Shown: positions 1 to 9,793 of the stretch, piece after piece
Layout: the number at the start of each line of letters is the position of its first letter
How positions within the stretch are numbered: the first letter of the stretch is position 1
Origin: Neodothiora populina
Lineage: Eukaryota
Assembly (NCBI RefSeq): GCF_041146345.1
Contig: NW_027191414.1
Location: 1,116,001 to 1,180,000, forward strand
DNA: 64,000 nt
Reading direction: 5' to 3'
Program-made: the position numbers and the translations under genes
Notes under the pieces: model-generated
Told to the model about the DNA's origin: nothing
Seen by the model: the letters and a program-made list of their open reading frames with translations, nothing else
Databases searched by the model: none

Positions 1-168
1 GAGACATCAGATCACGGCACAGTGAGTGGGTACGGAAGCAAGGGTGGATTAACATGACTCTACTCCTCTACTTCTTCTCTTTTCTTTTTCTTGCACGAGG
101 AAGTCTCACATGCTCACACTTTGACGTGTAGTAAGTAGTCTGTTCAAAGACCTTGCAAGCATGCATGC

Positions 169-198
169 ATACACACATACATACATACTGTACATACA
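169..198. repeat. (CA)n/(CATA)n low-complexity microsatellite
   Basis: catacacacatacatacatactgtacatac; further short tandem units (gagtc, gactt, gat) at 500-570. Confidence 0.6.
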
Positions 199-766
199 CG
201 GACTGGGCTGGGCTGGGGATGGGGCTGGTCAGTCTCCCCGCAGCTGTTTGTCATGGAAACCCGCACACGTAATTGTATGCATCTGCATCTCTACCCTGCA
301 TCTTGCCTAGCCACCTGTCTGCTCTTCAATCTCGGTATTCGATCTACTGTACCGTTGCCCACGACAGATGAAGACACAGCTGTTCGATACGCGGGTCATG
401 GCAGATGAGTAGTTGGTGAGGCTTGGTATTCGTACCCTAGCTTTCGTTTCCTTCATCACGATGAATCATCTTCTGTACGTTCGGTTGTTTGTTATGCCGA
501 AGTGATGATGAAGTGATGATGATAGGTAGCCGAGTCGAGTCGAGTCGTCGGTGACTTGACTTGACTTGATTAGAGTGCCTTCCTTCCCGAAGCGGCAACT
601 TGATTACCGCGAGCTCTCACAGATTCCTTGGCGAAGCGAGCGAGACGCCATCTAACTACAGTAGAACGCGTCTTGCCATCTCTTCTCGGAACAAGCAAAA
701 TCGACAAGCACTTCCTGCCCTCCACACCATCCCACAAGAGATACCGCACGACGGCATCGACGGCAA

Positions 767-1972
767 ATGCCCCTCATCATGGACCCGGCCGACGACCCAG
801 ACACAACAGCCATAGCAACAGACGCCTACGCCGAAGACGACGAAGGCCTAGAAGGCGCCTACAACCACACGCACCGCGCCTTCCTGCAGTCCCTCCTCCC
901 GCGGGGCAGCGTAACCCACGCGCAAGCCAAGGCGCTCCTGGCAGCATGTCTGAGTGCTGCATCGACATGGCCAGGCCGCGAGACGCTGCCGAATGATGTC
1001 GTGGACGACGAGTTGGCGGCGCACATCAGTGCTGTGAACGCCGCTATCTCGCCCTTTGATCTGGAGGTCAGGAGCACGGTGGCGCAGACGGCGGGTTTGG
1101 CAAACGCTACGGAAGAGCGGCCGGAGAGGATATATGCGCTTGTGAACACTACTAGCGATGCGATTACGCAGCTTGCGACGATACACACTCCGGACGAGAT
1201 TGCGTTTGTCAAGCGCGTGCTGGACGAGATGTTCATTACCAACTGCGCGCGGAGAGCAGAGGTCTATGCTGTCGAGGGCATCAAGGCCGTGAATTGCAAT
1301 ACTGTTCCTTCGGCGAGAGATAGACAGCAGAATGCATCGACGACTGTCGTCGAGTCGGACAACGAAACAGCTGCGCCGACGCCACAAGCAGGACACACGC
1401 AATCGATAACAAAACATCAAGCCGCAACGCTGCTAGATACCCTCGTCGCAGAGTCGTGGTTCAGCGTGGTCCGCCCCTCCAACACCTCGGCCAAGAAATT
1501 CTACACCCTGGCTCCGCGGGCATTAATGGAACTCCGCGGCTGGCTTACAGACACGTACAACGATGACGACGAATCCGACGTCGACCAAGACGGAAACAAC
1601 TACCAGACCAGAAGAATCAAGTTCTGCGCCGCCTGCAGAGATATCCTGACCGCCGGCCAGCGCTGTCCGGATCTCGACTGTCCCGCTCGCCTGCACAATC
1701 ACTGCACCGCCACCATGTGGCGCAGTCAGGCGGGCAAAGAGGAGTGTCCTGTGTGTCGCAAGCAGTGGGTTGCGTTCGGTTTCGTGGGTGTCAAGGCCGC
1801 GGTTACGACTGCGTCTGCTGCTGCGAGGAGACGGAATGGGGAGGGGAATGCTGGTGATGCTGCGAGTAGGAGGACGAGCGGGCTGGATAGACTTGACGGC
1901 GTCGAGTCTGGTGGTGATGCTCCTGATGGAGATGAAGAAGAAGAAGAAGAAGAAGAAGAAGACGAAGAGTGA
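767..1972 (+). CDS. NSE1: Smc5/6 complex non-SMC element 1 (Nse1), winged-helix plus RING-like domain
   Basis: Intronless 401-aa ORF; YNHTHRAFLQ N-terminus, IYALVNTTSDAITQLAT, LAPRALMELRGWL, C-terminal CxxC..C..C..HxHC..CxxC RING-like motif, acidic tail encoded by (GAA)n. Confidence 0.92.
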   Translation: MPLIMDPADDPDTTAIATDAYAEDDEGLEGAYNHTHRAFLQSLLPRGSVTHAQAKALLAACLSAASTWPGRETLPNDVVDDELAAHISAVNAAISPFDLEVRSTVAQTAGLANATEERPERIYALVNTTSDAITQLATIHTPDEIAFVKRVLDEMFITNCARRAEVYAVEGIKAVNCNTVPSARDRQQNASTTVVESDNETAAPTPQAGHTQSITKHQAATLLDTLVAESWFSVVRPSNTSAKKFYTLAPRALMELRGWLTDTYNDDDESDVDQDGNNYQTRRIKFCAACRDILTAGQRCPDLDCPARLHNHCTATMWRSQAGKEECPVCRKQWVAFGFVGVKAAVTTASAAARRRNGEGNAGDAASRRTSGLDRLDGVESGGDAPDGDEEEEEEEEEDEE

Positions 1973-2596
1973 AAAGGTCTGCTTGTTCGATTCTTTTTCG
2001 ATTCTTCTGCTGGTGCTGGGCGCCGGGCTGGTCCTGAATCCGCATGGCAGAAGAGTACACACATGACATTGGAGGTTTGTCCTGGCGACAGACGGACGGC
2101 GAGAGAAACCCAGACAGAAGACATAAGTAATCACGACTATGAAGCGAAACGATATAATGAAGCAAGTCGAGCCAGGCAACGTACGTGCCTTCCTAACCCC
2201 ATGTAAAACGCGAGACTGCTGGAACCGAGAGGCGAGGGTTTATTTCATTCGCACATGACACAACCAGACAAAGCAAATAAACGAACGAGTTGACACACGG
2301 AGATGGACAACGACTCGGAGCGAGAAGAGACGACATGCAAGGAACAAGATTGATTCACGGTAGTCTATTGAACCTCTACCACAACCCCCTACACCCTCAA
2401 TCCCTTCCTTCCTCATCCGACCGAACCCAACCAGGTAAACCATCGACCAGACGCAAACGAAGACCTAATCTCAAACACCAGAAACCGTCAGTAAACTCAG
2501 CCAGAAAAACCGAGCCCTCCAGTAGCGGACCGAACCAAAGGATTCTGGTCCGAGGAGAGAAGAAGTTCAGAAGAAGAAAAGAAAGAAGAAGAAACA

Positions 2597-2689
2597 AAAA
2601 TCATACAGGTTGCTGTGTCTCACCACAAACGAACCGGTCAAGGAACGGTATGAAAGCCATGCATGTGTAATAGCGAATAATCATGTTGT
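2597..2689 (-). ncRNA. candidate intron-encoded box C/D snoRNA (antisense to the 18S rRNA 5' domain)
   Basis: C box AUGAUUA 2684-2678, C'-like UGGUGA, D box AUGA 2604-2601. Flanked by a 21-bp inverted repeat (2577-2597 / 2686-2707). UUACACAUGCAUGGCUU is complementary at 16/17 positions to 18S AAGCCAUGCAUGUCUAA. Lies between donor GTGAGT (2737) and branch TACTGAC (2493-2487)/TAG (2465). Confidence 0.75.
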
Positions 2690-2771
2690 TTTCTTCTTCT
2701 TTCTTTTGTCTTTCTCCAAGGATTGGGTAGAACTCACCTTTTTGAAAGTATAATCACACTCACGTCTTCTT

Positions 2772-2893
2772 GAAATCAAAAAGAACGGAGTGTGGTTCTG
2801 GTCGTCGAGTTTTGTGTCTCACCATCAAACCCCCCTGCCCACATGATATGAAAAGAGCGGGCAGTCTGCAGGTCAGATTGATAATCATAATAA
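2772..2893 (-). ncRNA. candidate box C/D snoRNA (antisense to 5.8S rRNA)
   Basis: C box AUGAUUA 2888-2882; D'-like CAGA followed by hairpin CUGCCC..GGGCAG; C'-like UGGUGA; D box UUGA 2779-2776; terminal stem CUUUUUGA/UCAAGAAG. Guide CUCCGUUCUUU pairs with 5.8S GAAGAACGCAG, and upstream UCGACGACCAGAACCA pairs with 5.8S UGGUUCUGGCAUCGA. Confidence 0.7.
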
Positions 2894-3444
2894 ATTATCA
2901 AAAAGGCATTTGTCTTCGCTAGGTATTTAACTTTGGAGCCATTCATTTGGGCTCCCGAGCTGATATGCTAGCGGGTTTGTTCTCTTTTGTATCGAGAGAT
3001 GAGAGGGATAGGTATGGATGGCAATGTGCAAAAGGAAAAGAGAGCTGAAGAGACATGTCACGGAGCGAGAGAGAAAAAAATGAGGTCAGACTTTTTGTGT
3101 AGAAAAGGCTTTTTGCATTCGTCGTTGGTATCACTTGAATAATATCCGACGTCCGACGCAGGTTCGAGAAAATCTTTCTTGCCTCACATTGCCATGTTAT
3201 TCACACAAGCAGATATGGGCGGATCAATGTTACGCCAGCGGAACAGTCTCGACTCATTCCAATGTAATCTCAATCGGAAGCGCCTCGACAGTCCACTCAG
3301 CATCTCTCTTGTCCATTCAGCACAAACCGCCAAACAACCACGACCGTCCCATCCCAAGCCAAGCTTCAACCAGGCGCACAACACGAAATGGCGCGCTGTC
3401 CCAGCAGAAAGGAAGGCATGGAAGAACGAGAACGTGAGAATTGT

Positions 3445-4212
3445 TTAACGGTAAGACTTCTGGTAGCGGGCACGGGCTCCTGGACCACCGAACTTCTTGG
3501 GCTCCATTTGTCTGTTGTCGGCAACAAGGAGGGTACGGTCGTAGGCGACAAGAGCCTGCTTGAGCTGGTTCTTGGAGTGCTCATCGACGTACTTCTGGTA
3601 GTAGGCGATCTGTGGAAAGAGGGGGGGGACAAGAGTCAATCGAAGGCTCTTCTACGCTGTCTTTCAAGCGCAGGGGGGAGATTGTTTTCAACGTACGATG
3701 GACTTGGCGATGGCCTGACGGATGGCGTAGACCTGGGAGACGTGACCACCACCGGTGACGCGGACGCGGATGTCGACGTTGGCTGGGAAAAAGTGAAGTC
3801 AGCGACGTGTGCTTTTTTCGAGTTTTCAACCTGATCGCAACAAGACTCCTGCGCCAGAAAACGAAAGAGCGAAAGGTCGTCAAGATTCTTCGATGCGATT
3901 GGCGCTGTCGAAAGCCCACTCAATGCGAACGGTCTCTCTTGCACAATCGATCTCGACTTCACCACCTCCCGCTCTCCCTCCTCTCGCAGCAGTCCCTCTC
4001 TTCCCGCAGGATATGGCGCTTTGCGTACCGAACTTGTCAAGACCGAGGATGAGGATAGGCTCGTAGACCTTGAATCTCAGGATCTGGGGCTCAACGAGGG
4101 AAAGAGGCTTTCCGTTGACCTTGATAAGACCCTTGCCGGCCTTGCAGTGGGCGACGGCGGTGGCGGTTCTCTTCTTGCCGAAGCACTGAACGGACTGGGT
4201 GGTCGAAGACAT
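3445..4212 (-). CDS. RPS16: 40S ribosomal protein S16 (uS9); exons 4212-4029, 3782-3697, 3609-3445
   Basis: [17 protein letters not shown]...[25 protein letters not shown]...[19 protein letters not shown]; two GT-AG introns restore the frame. Confidence 0.98.
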
Positions 4213-4623
4213 TTTGGCGATTGGGGATGGCAAAGAGTCCGGATGGGCGTTTGGGTCGGAAGTTGTCGTCGTCGCTGAAGGAGAAAAAAATCAAGTCTGT
4301 CTGGAGTCGTTGTTCTGCCAGTCTCGATTTAGTGTCACCAAGACTGGTGTGCGCCAAGCAAGTCCGGGTTAGCGAAGCATGTCTTGGCACTGGTCGGGAC
4401 AGTACAACATCTTGACTACGAAGCAACCGACCATTGCACATTAGACCACAAGAATCACTCAATACAATCGCCATTGATTTGGATATTGTATCTGGAAACC
4501 TGTCGCCAGGAGCACATATGTAACCCACATTCTATCATGATTTTCGCCTGAGAATAGGATATGTTTGATGCTCCATGGACGAACCATATTCTCCAGATCT
4601 GTCATATAGTACCTGCTGCAACA

Positions 4624-5679
4624 ATGACTACAAATATCTACTCCCTAGGGTCAAATGGTAGTGGACAACTGGGTGCAGGTCATGAAGAGGACCTCAGTAG
4701 TCCTGCTCTCATAGCTATACCGGCCGAAGCTGGCATCTCTACAATCAAGTCTATACGTGCAGGTGGCAATCACACACTTCTCCTTGATACTAATGGTCAG
4801 GTCTATGCTACTGGCTATGGCGAAGATGGTAGATGCGCTTCGAGTATGTCGCAGCACACGTTCTCTCGTCTTCCTTATGCTCCCAAGTCTCGTCTGTGCG
4901 CTGCCACATGGGAAGCTACTATTTGTGTGGCAGATGAGACCGAGTGTGTCTGGGTATGCGGCACAGGCCTGAAAGGAGAACTAGGTCTAGGCACAACAAA
5001 AACCAACGCTGCCCAGCTCACGGCCATTCCTGACTTCCCGTCCCCAGATACCCATGTCCTTGACATAGCAGCTGGTATGGGGCATGTCGTCGTTGTTCTG
5101 AGTAATGGAGACGTGTATGGTTGGGGCAATGGACAACAAGGTCAGCTGGGCGGTCCTATTGGAATAGTTTGGCAGCCTCGGAAATTGCCACAGATACCGT
5201 TCAGGGCTGTACGTGCTGTCTGTGGAAAGGACTTCACTGTGATTTTTGGTGCGGCTGAGCTGGGTCAGCTGGCCATTCTCGGGGTCAGGAAACGAGACAG
5301 ATTCGGCATACAGGCCAATATTCCCAATGACATAAGAGGGTGGCGGGATGTTCAAGCAACCTGGGGTGGCATCTATATCTTGAAGCACGATGGCAAAATT
5401 GTCGCTTGGGGGCGAGACGACCATGGTCAATTACCGCCACAGGGCTTACCCTCGATTAAAGCTATCGCTGCTGGAAGCGAGCATTTTCTAGCCGTGACAG
5501 ATCAAAATAAGGTCCTAGCTTGGGGTTGGGGCGAACACGGCAATTGCAGTGTTCCTGTTGACGAGCGCAAAGATGTGAAGGGCCGGTGGAATGAGCTGGT
5601 GTTCACTGGGTACCCCGTACATATCGCGGGAGGCTGCGCGACGAGCTGGATTGTGACCGAGCAACAGAAACAGGCGTGA
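4624..5679 (+). CDS. RCC1/BLIP-II repeat protein, Ats1/Kti13-like
   Basis: YSLGSNGSGQLG, AGGNHT, VYGWGNGQQGQLG, AWGWGEHGNC, GGCATSW repeats; probable start is ATG 4624 (an upstream in-frame ATG exists at 4561). Confidence 0.85.
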   Translation: MTTNIYSLGSNGSGQLGAGHEEDLSSPALIAIPAEAGISTIKSIRAGGNHTLLLDTNGQVYATGYGEDGRCASSMSQHTFSRLPYAPKSRLCAATWEATICVADETECVWVCGTGLKGELGLGTTKTNAAQLTAIPDFPSPDTHVLDIAAGMGHVVVVLSNGDVYGWGNGQQGQLGGPIGIVWQPRKLPQIPFRAVRAVCGKDFTVIFGAAELGQLAILGVRKRDRFGIQANIPNDIRGWRDVQATWGGIYILKHDGKIVAWGRDDHGQLPPQGLPSIKAIAAGSEHFLAVTDQNKVLAWGWGEHGNCSVPVDERKDVKGRWNELVFTGYPVHIAGGCATSWIVTEQQKQA

Positions 5680-5690
5680 TCCCAGACCGA

Positions 5691-7367
5691 TCAATCAAAC
5701 AAACCATGCATCTTTAGTTCCACGTTAGTCATATCGACGACCTGAAAGGCACTGCGCCATTGGATCTTATACCTGGGATAATCTCTGTGTAGGTGGCAAC
5801 CCTTGGGAGTCGTCGTAGCTTTCCACTCGTGTAGTGGCCTGACTGTGACTTCCGGTGTCCCGGAAAGTAGGGTATAAAGCACCGTGCTGCACAACTGTCA
5901 GTACGAGTTCGATCAGCGCCGACTATCACGTTGCTTGGGACCTTACAATGTCTGTATTGGCATCCCAGCCGAGCATCTCCGCGGGTTCTTCCTGCTCGAA
6001 GTCTGGAGTGTCCCACTGCCGCTCTTCTTCATCGTGTCGTGGCATAAATAGACTCCCGGCATCCCGATCTGAAGCTGTAGTCGCTTGCGACGGCGCTCTA
6101 CCAAGCGCATGTAGCTGCCTCCTCTGGCGCAAAGCTGCCATGGTCACTGGTTTTGGCGGAGGTCCCATGTCTGAAGCCTGCCTTGCCGCCGGTGGGTCAG
6201 GATCTGGGAACGCGGTGTTGCCTGTGGATTCGGCTGTTGCTGAGGGTAGTCTACTCGTAGTCGCGGATAGTCCAGTTGAAGATTGTCGACTTGTAGACTC
6301 GGCTTCGGCTTCTGGCCTTGTCGACACCGTCCTTTGTCTCAACGGTGTAGAGGATGGAGTTTGATAGTCTCCCCTTGTCATCAATGTGAATTGACAGCTC
6401 ATACCAGTACCATCATAGGAGAATTGCAATGGGCGTGAGGGCTTCGAAAATGAGGCTGTGACAGGGCACTTGAGAGTATCAGCGTGTACGATGATAGCCC
6501 TAAAATCTTTGACGCTGAGAGTGATATGTACATCCTCGTCAGCATGGAAGTCTTGAAAGTCTTCGATATGGATAGAGATCGCCGTCTCAAGAGGCTGCTT
6601 CAAGACTTGTTTGCCATCCATGACCTTTTCAGTGAAACTTGTAAAGACAGCTTTTCCATCTTTAGCTAAAATGTCGAGCTGTTCGGTCTTGGGGCTGAAG
6701 AATTCAATATACTCTCGCAGCAAACGTGAAGAGATCCTCCAACCATTTGGTGCTGTGTGCTTGTCGAACAGAGCATGTACTACTTCCACAGATTCATAAT
6801 TCAATCGATACGTTTTTATTACACCTATGACATATTAGCACTATATTCCTCTCTTCAGAGCCATGTTGCTACCATTAGAACAGATCATCTTCACCACCAT
6901 CCGGCATTTCACCTTGCCTGGCTGGTCATCGATACTGACATCACATCGCTCTATGCCAGTCTCAGGGTTGCGAGTATCGGATGTACGGCCTTTGAAGACA
7001 GATAGTAAGGCCTACAGCTATGAGAATATTTCCTTCCTGATGAGTGAACGCGTTACATACTTTATTATACATCTGACAGGTAAAGCGTCCGCCTGGGCTG
7101 CCAAATCTATACGACAAAAAGAACGTCTTGGGATCCAAAGCAAATGAAGCGTAGGCCGTTCTTGATGAATTTAGAGCTCCGAGAGTGAGCTGCATGCAAT
7201 GTGTCAACCATTTTTGACGCCAGTCAGTTTACTGCACGACAGCAAGATACCTGATGATTTCCTTTGGCTTCCAGGGAAACATATTCTCCAAATTTAGCCA
7301 GACAAACGAGCAAGTCATGGATCCGACTGGTGGACTCTGATGACAGCGAGAATTTCAAGGTCGACAT
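5691..7367 (-). CDS. rad9: Rad9/Ddc1 subunit of the 9-1-1 checkpoint clamp; exons 7367-7251, 7189-7061, 7011-6873, 6824-5947, 5886-5773, 5711-5691
   Basis: IHDLLVCLAKFGEYVSLEA, LNSSRTAYASF, FTCQMYNKALLSVFK, GVIKTYRLNYE, LKQPLETAI, SVKDFRAI, C-terminal LPPTQRLSQMHGLFD; five introns keep the frame. Confidence 0.93.
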
Positions 7368-7692
7368 TCTGCTCCATCCCAGTGAAACAAAAGGATGTCT
7401 CGATGCGTCGACTCCAGGTAAGCTGTGAAGAAAGACTTATAAGAGATATACTGTGCGGTACAGTAAGTGCTTGGAAAGGATCGTGATACAGTGGTATAAT
7501 GTCGACTATTCGGGCAATTATCTTGCAGTAGTCCGCAGAAACGTCCTACTACGCGTGACACCGCGATCTTCTCCAGGTCGCGTACCTGAAGATACGTCAC
7601 TGCAGACAGATGAAATTGTGGGGAGAGAGCATACATGCAATCACATACTCGCAATGGTAATAAGCTAAGGTATCACGGCATTACAATCATCA

Positions 7693-9556
7693 ATGACAAT
7701 GGCAAGAGACATGTCTGCCCCTGGAAATGTAAAAGTGCCAATTGATCTGCTGCACTCGATATGTACCGAGCTCGCTTTGAGACTTGACTTTGCTACTTTG
7801 TTCAACTGCATAGCCTCAAGTAAGCACTTTGCGGACGCTGGAGGCGCTTTGGCAAATCTATATCGGTATTATCATCCAAGGCCAAGATGGAGTTACTATG
7901 ATCTGACATTATCAACAGTATCAGCCATTTGGCACCGGAAAGTGGCAATGAGGCGTTTTCGTTGCCTGAGCAAGAACAACTCGTTCAGAAATGGTCAATC
8001 AGATGGAGAACCATCATCCTGTCCTGCTTCGGTCAAACCATGTTCCCCTATGTTCGATACCTCCGCGTGTTAGACCTTCGGGATCTACACGAGCTGTTCG
8101 ACGATGACAAGTTTCGTGGCAAAATCTTCTCGAACTTCTTCACGGGTCCTCTGGCCACATTCGACTTCATGGCGCAGATTACGGGGACTAGACAACAAAA
8201 GTGGCGTTCCAAGGGTATCAAGCTGCGGGCTAACATTGTTTCCATCGGGGAGACGATCGTAGGTAGCGCACCAATGCTGGAGGAAGTCACGGAGCCCAGT
8301 GTGGGCGAGTACAATATTCTTTCAGAGGCACTTATCCGGTGGACTCCTCAGCTTGGTCGCCTTCAGTCCTTAGAGCTCTGGGATGGTAAGACACTGGGTG
8401 ACGAGACACTTCGCAATCTGCTGCATGCTCATTGCCCGCATCTCCGGAGGATCAGTATCTACCAATGGTAACTTGGTTCCATGAACGACAATTCCATCAT
8501 GAGCTGACCTGACTACAGGCGAGAAGATGAAAGCGATCACAAGTTGGCAGAATTCATCAGCAACATGCCTCGTAATACCTTGAGCGAATTCGAAAATCAC
8601 GCAGAATGTGGTATCGGACCAGAGACATGCTTGGCTTTCAACACTCATGGCTCATCCCTTAAAGCCTTGAACTTGGCTCTCCCAGAAAAGGGGATCTCTA
8701 GTCTTGGTCTACTGCAAGGTTGTACCAGTGTTGAAACGCTCAAACTCACAGATCTGTTCTCGCCTCATGATCTGAAAGCCACGGAAAATGAAGTCCTCCT
8801 TGACATGATCAGTTGGCTGAAAAATTGCGAGAAATTACGTGAGCTCAGTCTCACTGGGTTCTCCTCCGCTCCAGACATCCTCACGGAGGTGCTGAACATG
8901 GACGAGATACAGCTAGAGGACTTGCAGATCAATGCTCGTGATGACAGCATGTACATCTTAAAGGATCACACTGCGTTTCACCTTGCGATTGGCAGACAAA
9001 AAAAGCTGCGCAGCCTACTACTCAAGTGTGACCCCGAGCCGCTCATACCTGACGCCCGGGATGCTCTTGTCGGACAGATCTGCCAATTACATGATCTCAA
9101 GTATTTGAAGCTTACGAGAACATCAGATTGGTTTCAAGATCAACACATCCAGGCACTAGCGAAGAGCCTTTCCGTACTTGAGGAATTACTCGTCGCCGGA
9201 TGGGCTCTCAGCGACGCGAGCCTACAAGCGCTCTCAAACTTGAGCAGCTTGAAAAGCATCACATTCAACGGACCTTCGAACTTCTCTGCAGACGGTCTGA
9301 TTGACTTCATAAATAGGCTGGGTCCAGGAAATCAAGGACTTGCCGTCTCAATAGACATGGCCAATACGGACACGCGACTGACTAATGAAGAGCAATATGC
9401 AGTACGCGATGCACTAATGAACAAGGTTCAGGGCCGATTTGAGTATCAACTTACCAGAGGTAAGAATAACCTCAATAGTTCGACCGCAGGTAGGCTAACA
9501 CACCGCTCGCAGATCCTGATGTACCCGAGTTCTACGATGAAAGTGACTCCGACTAA
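7693..9556 (+). CDS. F-box-like/RNI-like leucine-rich-repeat protein; exons 7693-7865, 7919-8467, 8519-9459, 9513-9556
   Basis: N-terminal VPIDLLHSICTEL..DFATLFNC, YVRYLRVLDLRDL, repeated LxxLxL units; three canonical introns join the ORFs in frame. Confidence 0.85.
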
Positions 9557-9793
9557 GAATCTGTGACTGAGGCATACTCTTCGACTGATGAATATCGAAG
9601 AGTTCGTTGAATGTTTCGGTCGAGAAGACACTCTTCCGCAGCATGTATTACAGTCGCGCTCTGAATTTGTCGCTGCTTAGGTGGATGATGACGTAATGAA
9701 CCTATGCAAGTGCACAGCCAAGAGATGAAATTTGGCTTGCAGAGCCGACGAAGACCTCACACTGTTACTGTCTCACTATATTTCAATCCAATC

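Noticed and set aside
2705..2775. snR37-like H/ACA pocket (GUGAGUG / CAAUCC against 25S GGAUUGUUCACCCAC, then AGACAA)
   Set aside because: Uses the terminal-stem arm of one C/D unit and both GTGAGT donors; the C/D model with terminal stems explains the region better, though this is not fully excluded
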